Below, piece by piece: positions 38,772 through 52,025 of a DNA stretch of 64,000 nucleotides. Origin of the DNA: Asterias rubens (Eukaryota); NCBI RefSeq assembly GCF_902459465.1, contig NC_047064.1:19034001-19098000 (forward strand), written 5' to 3'. The position numbers were made by a program, and so were the translations under genes. The notes under the pieces are model-generated. The model did not search any database. It was given only the letters and a program-made list of their open reading frames with translations, and was not told where the DNA came from. Every line of letters begins with the position of its first letter. Positions within the stretch are counted from its first letter, which is position 1.

Positions 38772-40423
38772 TATAGTCGCAACCAATCCAGGGTTTAATC
38801 TTTCGCCCCAGGATAAGAATGTATCAAACAATCTTTGAGTGTACAGGCTTGGGAACAACTTAGGTAGTGTCCCTCGATTTCCCCGAGTTCTTCTCTTTTC
38901 TGTGTTCATCCAAACAAATCGTTGCCTAGAAACATAACAACATATTTTACTATAATGTGCTGAGAATTATACTCTCAGTGGGGGGAAAAAACCTTAGATC
39001 AGTCATAGATTGAGCAACAATGGTCCTTCTGTATGTTACAGTGTATGACCCCGGGTGATAAAATGTTTGGCAAAAATATTTTTGTCAAAGGTTTTTATAA
39101 AAAATATGATGTGGTTTTATTTCCGTAAAACTTTTTTTAGTGAGACAGTAAAAAAATTATATGAGGCCTATTATAATATATTTTGTTTCTCCGTAAATTG
39201 CATGAGTGAACTCAACCAATGTATCCGTGTATACAAAACAAGCATGATATCTCCTTTTTTGGGCTGAATTGGGCTATTGGGGCTATAAAATAGACTAAGA
39301 TGTGACTTCAAAGGTTTTCCAGGAATGGAAAAGAGCAGTCCCTAAAAAAAGTCATCAAAATTAGCCGTTTTTGAGAATTTTTCTAAAAACCGTAGAGTCG
39401 CGTGATAGTTTGAAGTAACGTATAGTTTCTGAGAAAGAAGTAAACTCTCAGTAAAATATTTGAATTGACTTCGAGACCTCACGCGTGAGGTCTCGGAATC
39501 AAGCATGAAAGCACACAACTTCGGGGTGTTTTTCTTCCATTACTATCCTGCAACTTCAACGACCAATTGACTTCAAATTTCCACAGGTTTGGGAAAGATC
39601 AGTCACAAGTTACATGGTGTTTGGGTTGTGACACGCTGGTTACTTTTTTTACCATAAGCATAATTTATTTAGTTGTGATGTTTGGATTTTTCGGGAGACT
39701 ACTTAGTTCTGAAAAGAACTGCCTGTAGACACTCGGCCAGGACTACTTATTTAGCTTAGTTGGTTGAATGAGGGAGTTCTAGTTTCAAACTTCACTATAC
39801 CACGGAATGAGTTCTCAATTATTGGTCTCATCGTTTCGACTGGCTTGCTCTATATACACCAATATTTTGGTGGTTTGTGATCAAAGGCGAAGTTTTAGGG
39901 GTTTATGTGTACTTTCCTAGCTTTAAATTGCATTCTGGTAAACCCTTTAGACCGTGAATTACACGAATATTCTATTGAAATTTTAAGATAGTTAATCATT
40001 CACTTTTGGACGATGAAAAAGAAATATTGAAATTGGGTTTTTTTTCTTGTTTTTTTTACAAACAAAAAATAGGAATTTAACTTTTTGGTGGCTTTTTATG
40101 AACACGACTTGTGTACTAACTGACAAAGAGTTGGGCTTTTGCCGGAGGCGAAAAAAAAATTGGGGGGGTGTATACTTGAGTGAGGTGTATACTTGTCACC
40201 CTTTACACACAAAATATGAAATGCATGACTTCCAAATAATAAAATATGTCATCGAGTGGAACTTCCCTGAATAAAAAGGAACAAAGTCAGTGTATCGGGT
40301 ACATTTGGTCCATAAAAGGCGATTTCTTTGTGTTAAAACACCATGGAAACTTGTCAAATACAGTTTATACAGAAAAATATGAGTTTTGTTATGAAAATGT
40401 TCCGTTACTGGTTTCTATGTATA

Positions 40424-40720
40424 CAGGCACTGGACACGTTTAGTAATTGTCAAAGACCAGTATTCTCGCTTGGTGTATGCCTATGCATATAAAATAACAA
40501 ATCGGTGAAAGTTTAGACTCAATTGGTCATCGAAGTTGCCAAAGAATAATGAAAAGAAAAAAACTCCCCTGTTGAACAAAATTCGTTCAGGCTTGAAGTA
40601 TTTCACTATTTTTGAATGAGAAATCCTCTCTTTCTGAAAAACTACGTCACAATGTTTATACTATACATCTCACCATTGCTTGTTACCAAGTAAGTTTTTA
40701 TGATTACAAGTATTTTGAGC
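40424..40720. mobile_element. Family A MITE, diverged and truncated
   Basis: AGGCACTGGACACGTTTAGTAATTGTCAAAGACC start plus internal core. Confidence 0.7.
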
Positions 40721-40797
40721 AGATAAATGAAATTAGGACCTGCTTGTCACGTCAACTATTTTGAAAACATTATCAGAATCCCGACAAGTCGTAAACG

Positions 40798-41285
40798 TAC
40801 TCTCTAAATGTAAAAGAGTGAAAAACACCACTCTTTACATTTCGAGCTGTCCTCCATGCGGCTCTTCAAAAAGAGTGGTGGTTATCACTCAAGGACAGAG
40901 TGAAAAATCACTCAAAAAGATGCAAAATTCAATCTAAAAAGAATGGAACACCACTCGAAAAAGAGTTGTCCTTCATATATATGGCTCTTCAAATAGTGCT
41001 TTTTCACTCTTTACTATGGGTGCGTTCGTTTAGCTTCCCTGCTGGGTCTACCCCGCGGTGCTCGTTCGGGTGAGCCCCTCACAAGAGCCAAACGAACGAC
41101 CACTCACCGCTCTCGTAGTGACGTCATGCACCTGGGGCCAGCCCCCAAATGACCCACTCCACAAGCAGGGCACTGGGGGCTGACCTGGGTGAGCCCCTGG
41201 ATTGACGTCAAAAGCTATTCGAACACACAGGGGCAGACCGGGGATGACCCAGGGAAGCTAAACGAACGCACCCATTCAGAGAGTA
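40798..41285. mobile_element. Older TIR element (TACTCTCT...AGAGAGTA) with a nested GGGTGCG MITE at 41018-41273
   Basis: Host left end TACTCTCTAAATGTAAAAGAGTGAAAA; its inverted right end TTTTCACTCTTTAC...CAGAGAGTA is split by the MITE. Confidence 0.72.
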
Positions 41286-42270
41286 GCCGTAGCCACAAAT
41301 TCAGACACACGGTCTTTACAAGGAAGACACATAGCGTGACAAAACCCGACAACAAGATCAAACTTTTCAAAGAGCTATCTTGTAGATTATTGAGGGCGCC
41401 CTCAAGTGAGAAATGTAAGAATGATTCTAACTGGGAATACAAACCAGCACGTCAATCTATATCAATAAACCAAGCACATTAGGCAATAAGAAACCAATCT
41501 ATTCGACGGAATCTTATACAATTTTTTCTTCTGTAAGAGATCCATGCAAGCAATCCAAAAGCCCCCCCCCCTTTCCTCAACCCCCCCCCCCGCCTCCAAA
41601 ACTTAACCAGTCTGTATAGCAACAAACCTTGGACGAAACACCCTTGTTGTTAGTCAAGCGATGCAATTGATGTTTCTCATACACACAATACAAAAATAGT
41701 GTGGGTTTTGTTTAACTTTCGTAGTTTTTTTGTGGAAGCAACGCTATGTATGACTGTATTCACTTTGGGGGACTGTAAAAGTGGATCATCCTTGGATATG
41801 GCCTTTTATAAGATAATTGTATATATTATATAAAAAGGAAAGGTAACAACAACAAAATGACAGATGACTTCATGGGCCAAAAGATACGGCAAATTAAAAA
41901 GAAGTAAATCCTAATAAATCACCTAAACAAGTTTTTGGCAACTATAGAGAGAGACAAGAATCTTTGGTAAACCCTAGACTAAAAAGTGCATCCATTGTTA
42001 AGTATCTAATTGTCAAAACCCAAAAGTAGATTTGAACAAAATAAACGGATGGCGTAATGATAGACTGTCTGTCTGTCTTGTTCAGCAAGTGTGCGACACC
42101 AAAAAAGCAGTCTCGATTTATAAGTGCTTGTCTGCGGCCGTATGTGGATTAATTGGTTTATATTATTATTGACATCAATGGATGGAAGGCACACAATGAC
42201 ATCAGTGACCGCCATCTTTCCTGAAAAGTGCACGCGTGTACGCGCTGCGCACAACTCTCAGCCAATAGTA

Positions 42271-42673
42271 GGGAGGTTTAGCTGCACGTTTACGCGAGTA
42301 AGTGAACGTGAACGTCGGACAGTTTTGCAGTAAAAGACTCACGTGTTAAGCATACCATTCCTCACGTAAGGTACGTGCATACGTGAGCATGAAATAAGCC
42401 CAAAGTGGTGACGTCACCTAGAAATGACACGTTTTTGCTCACGTAACGTGCAGCTATACCTCGCTAGTGAGGTTTAGCTGCACGTTACGCGTATTGTTTC
42501 TAGGTGACGTCACCACTTTGGGCTTATTGCATTCTCACGTAAGACGTCTGCGGGCACGTACGTACCTGACGTGAAAAGTGGTAACTTCACGTATGCTAAA
42601 AGCGTGACGTTTTCTGACGTTCACATTCACGTCCACGTTCACGTTGTTCGTGGAACGTGAAACTAAACCTCCC
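42271..42673. mobile_element. Two related GGGAGGTTTAG-TIR MITEs in inverted orientation (42271-42464 and 42469-42673)
   Basis: Each has GAGGTTTAGC / CTAAACCTC-type ends; shared AATAAGCCCAAAGTGGTGACGTCACCTAGAAA in opposite orientations. Confidence 0.72.
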
Positions 42674-44506
42674 TTACGAAAGCCTTACACGCGTGCACTA
42701 TTCATCAAAGATGGCGGCCAACGCAGCAGGGGATCTACTTGCAGCATTGTAATAAAAAAAACATGTGTTCCAACATAACCAAAAAATGTGCTATTGACTT
42801 GGTTACTGCTCTGTACTGTTATTGTAAACACACACAGAACACATTAGAAAAACACCAATTGCTGGTTGCAGGACAAACAACTCAAAACATTGTAAATGAT
42901 GCAATTTTTTAACAGCAATTAAATCGTGTGTACTGTTTCGGCGTCAAAACCGGTTTTAAATCTGCTTTAGAAAAACCGCCTGCACCACGGGGAGGCAACT
43001 ATACAAGAACATGTACCTAGGCCAACTTTGATTGTGAATTCGCCACCCAACATTACAATGTATCCCCATATCCCATGTAGGTCACATTTTAGTGACGTGT
43101 TAACTTTGAAAGTATCGTTGTTTTTAAGCAGCCGTACGGGGGCAACAATCCCCCTTCCCCGGAAAATTAATAAGAGACGGGGCAGCAGCAAAAAACACAC
43201 GTTATTTTAGGTGTTTTCTGAAGATTTTTTAAGTTTTCAAATAAATATTTCTTACATCAATATCCCTGTAATTTTGTTCACAGGACTCGAAAAGGCACTA
43301 ACACACATCAAATCGGTGTATATTGGGTAAAACCCCAATGGTATACATCATTATCATCCACATAAACATTCTCTACTTTGATAAAAACCAATTTCAGGAC
43401 TTTGAATACCCTTCAAAAACGAAAAGTACATATTTGGCCAAATAGAAAATTCATTTGTCCACATAAAAACAAGATTTTTCTTTTATGGGGGTTTAGTGTG
43501 ACTGTCGCATGGCTGTTCCGCGTGCCAGGCACGCACAAGACCCACGCAGGGTCACCGGGTCACGCACGCCACAAAGCACCAGACGAGGAACTCTGAATAG
43601 CAGTACCGCTGTATTCAAATTACCTTGGTTGGGTTAACCTTTTTTTCCTCCTAAATAATTATTGTTATCGACAATTCATCAACTCTTGACAATAGACTGG
43701 ATCAAAACCAACACGGGAATGTGGAGTATTTTCCCCCTGCTTTATTGTTGTTTGTAGGCTGCTATTGAAAAAGTGCTGCCTTTATATTCGATGGAGATAT
43801 GTGGTCTAAAGAAAGTTCAACAAAACATGTATTTGCACCGAAACACGTGTTAAAACTTCTCTGCCATTTTTGTTGTTAAGTCACAGGTATAAGTTCTTTA
43901 ATTTGAATTTTGAATAGTTCTTGGACTGTGGTTTTCGATAAATCTTAATGAAGATGTTTGCATACTTTAGGAACAACTGATGGAAATGCCACTGCATGGC
44001 ATAAATGTAATTAAGCTTCACTCGTTTTTATGGTCCGGCAATTATTATTTTTCTACAAATTTTCGAAATGTTTTCTTTAAAGGATTCCTTTTTTTTTTAA
44101 TCGATTGAGGGAAAAAAAATCCCAAATTGAAAAAGCTTACGACCGTGACATTTTTGATGTACAGTGGAAAAAGAAATTGCGGCCGGGCCTTATATCATAG
44201 CTAAGTAAAACTAAGCAGGGACCCAGTCACATAGTGTGCATAACGACATGGTATTTTGGCTGGTAACCTTTCTCTACTAAGCAGATTGTGTTGTGCTTCG
44301 TTGCGTTAAAAGTTAGCTCTATGAAAATTGGGCCATGCTTTATACAGTTACCGAATGTGATCACTTTTTTGTGAGTATGGCGTCCATTTATATTCAAATT
44401 CCGTGGGATTGGCACACTCATGCATGCGTGAACCAGACACAGTAAAAACTTTCACAGTTAAGCTGAAACTTTCACACGTGAATATAATAGCATACACCGA
44501 TGCGCA

Positions 44507-44856
44507 TTAAAGGCAGTGGACACTATTGCTAATTACTTAAAATAAATATTACCATAAAACCTTACTTGGTAATGAGTAATGGGGAAAGGTTGATAGTATA
44601 AAACATTGTAAGAAACGGCTCCCTCTGAAGTAACGTAGTTTTCGAGAAAGAAGTAATTTTCCACGAATTTGATTTCGAGTCCTCAGAATTCCACTTTGAG
44701 GTCTCGAAATCAAGCACCTGAAAACTTCGTGTAACAAGGGTGTTTTTTCGTTCATTATTATCTCGCAACTTCGCGACCAATTGAGTTTAAACTTTCACGC
44801 ATATGTTGAGATACACCAAGTGGGAAGACTGTGGTCTTTGACAATTACCAATAGTG
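44507..44856. mobile_element. Family A MITE, right TIR truncated
   Basis: TTAAAGGCAGTGGACACTATTG start; ends AATTACCAATAGTG. Confidence 0.82.
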
Positions 44857-44865
44857 ATAGAAGTG

Positions 44866-45032
44866 CCGTCGATTTCACAAAACTCTTCCTAACTTAAGAC
44901 TAATCTTAGGACTTAGGACGAGTCCCAAGCCTGCACTGTAGCATGCGGACCTTAAGATTAATCCTAAGTTAAGACGAGTTACTCGTCCCAACTCGAGATA
45001 AGACGAGTCCTAACACTTTGTGAGATCGACCC
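44866..45032. mobile_element. MITE with GTCGATTTCACAAA TIRs
   Basis: GTCGATTTCACAAAA ... CTTTGTGAGATCGAC; termini related to the 31140 element; interior of AGGACGAGT/TAAGA repeats. Confidence 0.65.
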
Positions 45033-45295
45033 CTGGACACTTGTAAAAGACGTCACTCCAAGTTAAAACAGTGTTAAATGACACTGCAATGCACAGCCTA
45101 CCAGTGCCAGATTTCGTCACATCTAAAAACATCCAATGACGTCACATTTTCAAATATAATGCGTCTGTACTTTTTAAACAGGTCATTCCTGCATCGATGT
45201 TCATGATTTTCAATCAAAACGGCATTGAATTTGACATTTGACTGAGGACAAAAAGTATGGGGGGCATGTAATAAACCTTATTGTTGAAATCCAAA

Positions 45296-45735
45296 GGTTT
45301 GTTTAAATTTCGCTCTGGTATACGGGTTTCAAAGAGAACCGCACTTCACACAATTGTATGTGACTTTAGAGACTTGAGTTTACAGACATACATCTATTGG
45401 CAAAAGAGTGTATTGAAAATCTAAATTTGTCTTCTGTGTGAAAAAAAGTATACACGCAACAAAAATACTCTCTAAAAACTACCTGGTTTGATCCATTTCT
45501 GAAATCCATAGTAAGTTTGTTTAAAATTTCGCTCTGTACGAGTTTCAAAGAGAACGGCACTTCACACAATTGTATGTGACTTTTAGAGACTTGAGTTTGT
45601 TTCTATGTGATACACAAACATACATCTATTGGCAAATGAGTGCATTGCAGAACTGAATTTGTATTCTGTGGGAAAAAAAGTATACATGTACCAAGTATAC
45701 TCTCTAAAAACTACCTGGTTTGATCCATTTCTGTG
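45296..45735. repeat. Tandem duplication of about 220 bp (2 copies)
   Basis: TTTCAAAGAGAAC...CACAATTGTATGTGAC...TACTCTCTAAAAACTACCTGGTTTGATCCATTTCTG occurs twice. Confidence 0.85.
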
Positions 45736-45830
45736 AATGCAGCTATACATACCAGTGTAGAAAAAAATGTATATGGCATGGAATTTCGGCCAGTAACAAT
45801 GTGCAAAATATTACCAAGCCGTTTTTGTGC

Positions 45831-46191
45831 TTTAAGGGAAGGTACACAATTGGTCATTACTCAAAACAAATTTTAACTTAAAAACTGACTTGGTAACGAG
45901 CATTGGAGAGCTGTTGATAGTATAAAACATTGTGGGACACAACTCCCTCTAAAGTAACATAGTTTTTGAGAAAGAGGTAATTTCTCACTAAAATAACAAA
46001 AGAATTCTAGCTAGAAGTATTTTATTCCTATCTAAAAGCACACAAATTCGTCCATCCAACAATGGTGATTTTTTCTTTCATTATTTTCTCGCAACTTCGA
46101 TGACCAATTGAGCTCAAATTTTCACTGGCTTGTTATCTTATGGTTATGATGGGATACACCAAGTGAGAAGACTGGTCTTTGACAACTTTAA
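45831..46191. mobile_element. Family A-related MITE, diverged
   Basis: TTAAGGGAAGGTACAC start; GAGAGCTGTTGATAGTATAAAACATTGTG core. Confidence 0.72.
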
Positions 46192-46981
46192 GCAAATGTT
46201 ATGCTCATGCAGCTCTATGAAACCGGCCCCTGGTTTTTGACGTGTAAATAAAATTGCCAATCCTTTGATAAGCCGCCCCTATTGTCTGTACTAACACTGA
46301 TTACATTGTGTATAACCTTGTTTCATCAACCGATTTCAATGCTTTAAATGGGGAAACATTGCTTCTGTCGGTACCACCACGAACTTAAAAACGTGAAACC
46401 CGTGAACTTATATATAGTTGTATCCATCAAATGCTGTTTTATGATTTTTTTTTTCTTTCTTCGATATAGCTGTGTGTGTTCCTCAGTGAAGAATTGGGTC
46501 AAAGTATTCAGGCTCAAAAGCACACTTCGATATACTAAACACGTCTTTCTCTATGTGAGTTATTAGTCTGTTTGGATGGGGGTAAGCGGTACCCTTGTGA
46601 AGTTTTCTTTCTTTATATGCAAACTCCATGCCTATACATTTAAAAGTATCATTTATTCATTTTGCAAATAGGAACCAGACTATTTTGCTCTTCCAGCCTC
46701 GGTTTGGTAACAGTGATATCAATGGGATAAATTAAAGATGGCTGCACCACCACGATAAAGGTATAATTATAGTCCGCCGTATCATCAAAAGGGCTAATAA
46801 AGTAACTGCCGGGTAGCTCTATCAGAACATATGATTTTGATGAAAGCTCCAAGTGGTGTGGATCACAGTCAGCTAGCTCATAAAACTATTCACCAATAGT
46901 TTTTGGGAGTTTGTTGGGGTGTTTGTTTGTTTGTTGGTTCGTTGAGGGCGTTGGAGTGGCTGTTGGTTTGTTGTGGGTGTT

Positions 46982-47090
46982 GTTGTGTTTGTCTGTTTGA
47001 TGGTTGTGTTTGTCTGTTTGATGGTTGTGTTTGTCTGTTTGATGGTTGTGTTTGTCTGTTTGATGGTTAAGTTTGTCTGTTTGATGGTCT
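46982..47090. repeat. 21-bp minisatellite GGTTGTGTTTGTCTGTTTGAT
   Basis: About 5 tandem units. Confidence 0.85.
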
Positions 47091-47460
47091 GTTTGTTGTA
47101 TCACTCAAAAACACTTCTTGTTCTTTGTTCGAACTTGTTTTTGCTGTTCTTGTTTGTTTGATATTTTGTATTTCGGTTGCTGTGGCGCCCAACCGCTGGC
47201 CTTGAAACCAACAGAGAGGGGCGTCACCAAAAGAAATAATCAACATTTCAGGTCCAGACATGTTTTTGTTACGGTTCTAAGTTTACCATGGAAAAGGGTT
47301 ATTAACCCCATAGTAACATTACTAGTATTATACTGTAAAGCCATGACTCATAGAGTATAAACCAAGTACAAAGTCCGTCAGTCAACGTATGAATGTCAGG
47401 CTTAACCTCGTACAAAAGGTTGTATGTTACACATCACGTGAGGACTGAAAATAGAAATGC

Positions 47461-47687
47461 AAGAAATAGTTATTGACCTGACGGATCGACCCTAGCAGAG
47501 TCTTTCTCGAAGGCTAATAATGACAGGACAACAAACATGAACAGATGACTAAGTAAACTCAGTTTACCCCCAGTTACTTATAATTGTGTATTACTTAGGT
47601 AACTCAGTCATGTTTGTTGTGCTGTCATGTAGCCTTCGAGAAAGACTTTATTGGGGTCGAAACGTCAGGCCATTAACTATTTCTTGC
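47461..47687. mobile_element. Inverted pair of Penelope-like terminal-repeat modules
   Basis: AGCCTTCGAGAAAGAC-stem-GTCGAAACGTCAGGC on + (47631-47670) and its inverse at 47476-47515. GAAACGTC is typical of PLE minimal hammerheads. A third copy lies at 58683-58762. Confidence 0.55.
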
Positions 47688-48599
47688 ATTTATACCATCG
47701 GTCAATTTGGTTGATAAGTTGTTTGCAACAGGTTCTATTTTCTCTGAAATTATAAACGCTCATAAATCTAGACAGAACTTACAGAATAATAATATGAACA
47801 TGCATGTACGTGGCGGGAAGACTTTAAACATTTGAGAGTTAAATTAGCATTTTGATTTTACGAGTCCGAAATTCGATGCTTCAAAACAGTTGTTACGGTT
47901 TCTTGTGACTCCATAAACTTTCACAGGCTCGTTCACAATACAAGTTGGGCCAAGTGCGTGGGCCAAAAGTGGAAACTGGGTCCAATTTCATAGAGCTGCT
48001 AAGCACAGAAATTTCATTCTAAGCAAATGTTTGTGACTAGCAGCTCTATGAAATTGGGCCCTTGTCTTTGACGATTACCAATGTAGGCTGCATGCTTTAT
48101 GAACTAGCGAATTTATCAAAAGTGGGAAGAACTCCTGTTGGAGCAGATATGGGAGTTAGTCTGGTGTTCATTTTGATTGACGTGGGTTTTAAAATAGTGT
48201 TCCATTGTCGGTTGGTAGGTTCAGCTCTATTCACATGACATAAATTCAACAGGGATACCTTGATAAATGTTATACCATGGTTGTAAAATGTAGCACTTGG
48301 CAAGATTTCGCAAGGGACCTTGGACAGAACAAAGATGTTCGTCCTTTCACATGAGAAATATTGCTCAGCATTAATAACAGCAATGTTACAGTTTACCAGG
48401 GGACCCTAGCTTAATTGCTCTAGTGTAAAAGGAGCTTTACATGAAGACCTTCAACCTGGCTACCTTTTTATACGCACCCACATTCCTAGAATATCAGTTT
48501 GCTATTAAAGCGATGATGCAAACCACCAGCCCTTGGAAAAACATTGTTATTATTGTAAACCACACAACAAATAAACTCTATGTGACGGTTACTGAGCTC

Positions 48600-48820
48600 T
48601 CCTCCAATCAGTGGAGCGATCACGTCGCACGCTATTTTGCAGCTTTCTTATTGGTTAAATGTTTATAATAAGTGACGTGGTGTTTACTACAGAGTATCCA
48701 TGGTGACCGAACCAGGGGCTTTGTGTATAGGCTGACTTTACTAGTGTTTACAACGAGGGGTGTAGTTTAATGACGTCATCGTGGAGCCTTTATATTCTGA
48801 GAGAGGGTAGCGGCCAATAG
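48600..48820. promoter_or_regulatory. Promoter/enhancer-like motif cluster
   Basis: CCAAT at 48604, 48650 (reverse) and 48814; TGACGTGG at 48673; X-box-like GTATCCATGGTGAC at 48694; CRE TGACGTCA at 48771. Confidence 0.35.
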
Positions 48821-48867
48821 CTGGAGATGATATCCATCAACGGAATATTAACAAGGGCTGGGGGAGG

Positions 48868-49415
48868 AGGATTCAAAAGAGGGCGCTATCTGAAGTAGGT
48901 TGTACCCAGTTTGTCAAAGGAGGGACAAAATCTATTGGGGGACAGAATCTCCTGCCACACAGGTGGCCCAGGCAATTCGGCCCTCTTTTTATCTGGAAAT
49001 TTTATACTTGGTCTGGACCGGAGGATTCAAAAGAGGGCGCTTTTTGAAGTATTTGTGCCCAGTTTGCCAAAATGAGGGATAGAATCTCTAGGGGGAAAGA
49101 ATCATCCTGCCACACACACAGGGGTGCGTTTTGGCGACCCCAACCAAAAGCTGTTTCGGTTGTTGGTCGTTGATTCTGCCGTTCAGACTGAAAGATAACC
49201 GAGTTGTGAGCTCGATCGGTTACCGTTTTGGTTATGACGTCAGAAACAATACAGCCGCCAAAACGCACCCCATGGATTGTGTCAGTCCTCCAGACAGTCT
49301 GTCATGGGAAATTAACATGGACTGGAGAAGTATGATTCAAAAGAGGGCGCTATAGCAAGTACACATATCCCCGAAATTATATTATGGGGACATAATCCCC
49401 TGCCACACACCGGTG
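48868..49415. repeat. Three diverged direct modules GATTCAAAAGAGGGCGCT...CCTGCCACAC
   Basis: Starts at about 48870, 49025 and 49334. Confidence 0.7.
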
Positions 49416-50307
49416 TAAAAGCACGAGCAAGGTGTGTAACTCAACATTTGCCAAAGTGATGGGTTACATTACAACTACGTCACTCCTGAGATAAACATAT
49501 TGTATATGTTTACAATCAAACGGTGTGTTTCTTTTTACACATTATTGTCTCATACATCAAAAATATAGCAAATAGAATATTAACAAGATTGTGAATGGCG
49601 GATTGTTTAGAAAATTGCAGTATCAATAAATTGACAGTGTAACTTTGCCAGAGGTACCCCAATTGAGCGCCAAACCCCCCATAATTTGTAAACTATTGTT
49701 CAACGCTAAATAAATCCTTTATCCTTTGTCTGTTGAGGTGGCTATTGGTACAGAAAAGAGGCTAATACATATCTCCCTTCAAGTACAGTTCCTCTAAGAA
49801 GTTCGGAGACTCCCGAGTAATGTCGAACTATTGGGATCCAATACGGCCCTGTTTCAGAACTATTAACAGCGCCCTCTGTTGATTGGTTTATTATGGAAAG
49901 TTGCTTACGCTGTTCTGCGACGCTTAGTTACGCCCTCCCAGACATTACTCACAAAAAGAGTAAAAATTAATATTTTATATACAAAGACAGAAAGCAGAAA
50001 TCTAATATTTTAGTGGGGGGAAAGGGGAAACAATATTGCAAGTAATAAAAGAGATACCAAAACGATAAAATACAACAACCACCGAATTAAAACCAAGACC
50101 CCAAATAATTATTGTCAAATGAAAGCAGAAACACCAGCCAGACGATATAAAAATAATGCGGAAAAAGAAGTTAAATAACTTAAGACATTGATCATGTTCG
50201 GAACAACAACAACAAACAATTTACTAAAAGGTCTAAATAGAAATAACAAAATGTGGAGATGTAAAACAACAAAGTAAATTCAAGTCACAGGCACTATTGT
50301 GGGTTAT

Positions 50308-50730
50308 CCGGTGTCGCATGCAATTATGTCCTTTATGCAATACTTTCTGGAGTTCTTATTGCATATGCAATAATGTTCGCAGGGCGGTTTTTTATATGCA
50401 ATCGTGTCCGCCCGAACACATGTGCATTTATGCAGTTGTGTCCGCCCCCGTGCAAAAACCGTCCTTACAGTGAATTAAACGCCCTTGGCCGACGGACACG
50501 TTCGTCATTTTTTGTTTTATAAGCTAAGTGCATGTCATGAATGACATGGGAAATGTTCGGCCGTTGGGTATTCGCTGCAAACATATACGTGAATAGTCAT
50601 GCTGCATAGCTTACTCATGTACGATCGTGTCCACCGGACGGTTTTCACATAGCCCCGGACACGATTGCATATGCAAAAGTGTCCGGAGCGGACAGTATTG
50701 CATGGCGGACACATTTGCATCTGACACCGG
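50308..50730. mobile_element. TIR element CCGGTGTC...GACACCGG with internal GTGTCCG repeats
   Basis: Inverted termini and a mirrored GCATATGCAATCGTGTCC motif. Confidence 0.6.
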
Positions 50731-52025
50731 CAAAAAATGCTCTGCAAGGACATTTTCAGTTTGCTGGGTTTGCAAGGGCGCCATCATCGCTCACAAACTG
50801 ACCAGTTGGTACTGAATTGTTATGCTGTTCGACATTCAGAGTGGGATGGGAGGCCTTATACGTCACTGAGGCAACGAAGGCAATTGCCTCCTTGCCCATA
50901 ATCATCGCCTTGGTGCCCTTAAAATTTCTACAACAGAAAATTACAATTTCCCATAGGGTGCCCTTTACCAAGAAGAAAATGCCTTTGATACCCTTGCTTT
51001 TTCACAAATGAAACATACAGACCTGAACAAAGCCACAATTATATGTGTCACGTTGCATGTTCCTGAGTGAGCTCAATCAGATAAAAGATGCACTATTTCA
51101 AACAGTTCATCGGGTATTATAACATTAGTTTTTCACAGCAACATTGAAGTCAATATAGTGCATTTACAATGACCTTGACTTATTTGCTCTATGGTGCGAC
51201 AAATCCTCACCTATGAGCCGTAACGCCTTTCCCACGGGAGGACAAAACGCCCCGCTTCCTTTCCCCGTCTCACAACAAAAACCACAAGCAAAAGAACCAC
51301 CAATTATAGTTCTAGTCTAGTCAATCTGTTGTTTAACCGAGACAAAACAATTTGTTTTGCAACAGTCTTTTTGAACCCTCCAAAACAACATATCAAAAAA
51401 ATAGTAGGACATTTTAAAGTAAGCAGGGGAAATATGCATACTTTGCATAAAGTACAAATTAACGTTTCGTATCTATTTTCACTATGTTTGCATGCATACG
51501 CCCGATATAATAGTAATGTAATTTATCTCTTTTTCACATCAAATTTTCAAAAGTTTCTTGAACCCCCTCAAAACAAAGTATAACAAAGTAGAAAGAAGGA
51601 AGTTCAAGAACTATGCATAGTTTGCATAAACAAAAAATGTCCGCTCTCGCCTCTGTTTTCACTATTAGTATTATGTATGTGTGCACACGCCCTGATAGTT
51701 GTAGAAATTGAAATCAATGTCACATCAAATTTTCATGCGAATGTCTCTTGAAACCAGGAAATCCTCCCAACAGTATTCAAAGTATCAAAAGTGCCAATAT
51801 ATTTTAATTAAATTTGTTTAATTAAATTTACGTGCGTTTTATGCACTAACAAGAAATGCAATATCGACTGCTCCTTTAAATGGTGTTTGATGCCTTGGAC
51901 AGGGCACCACTGCGTCACAAGATGTTTAAGGGATGTTACAAAAATTATCTCTAGTCCGGTAATGGGGCAACTGATATCTTGGTCATTTCTTGCTAAGCCA
52001 AATGTGCTATGCAGAAGTCTCTGCC

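Noticed and set aside
46886-47161. HQTDKHN / VVFVCLM repeat ORFs
   Set aside because: Translation of a 21-bp minisatellite.
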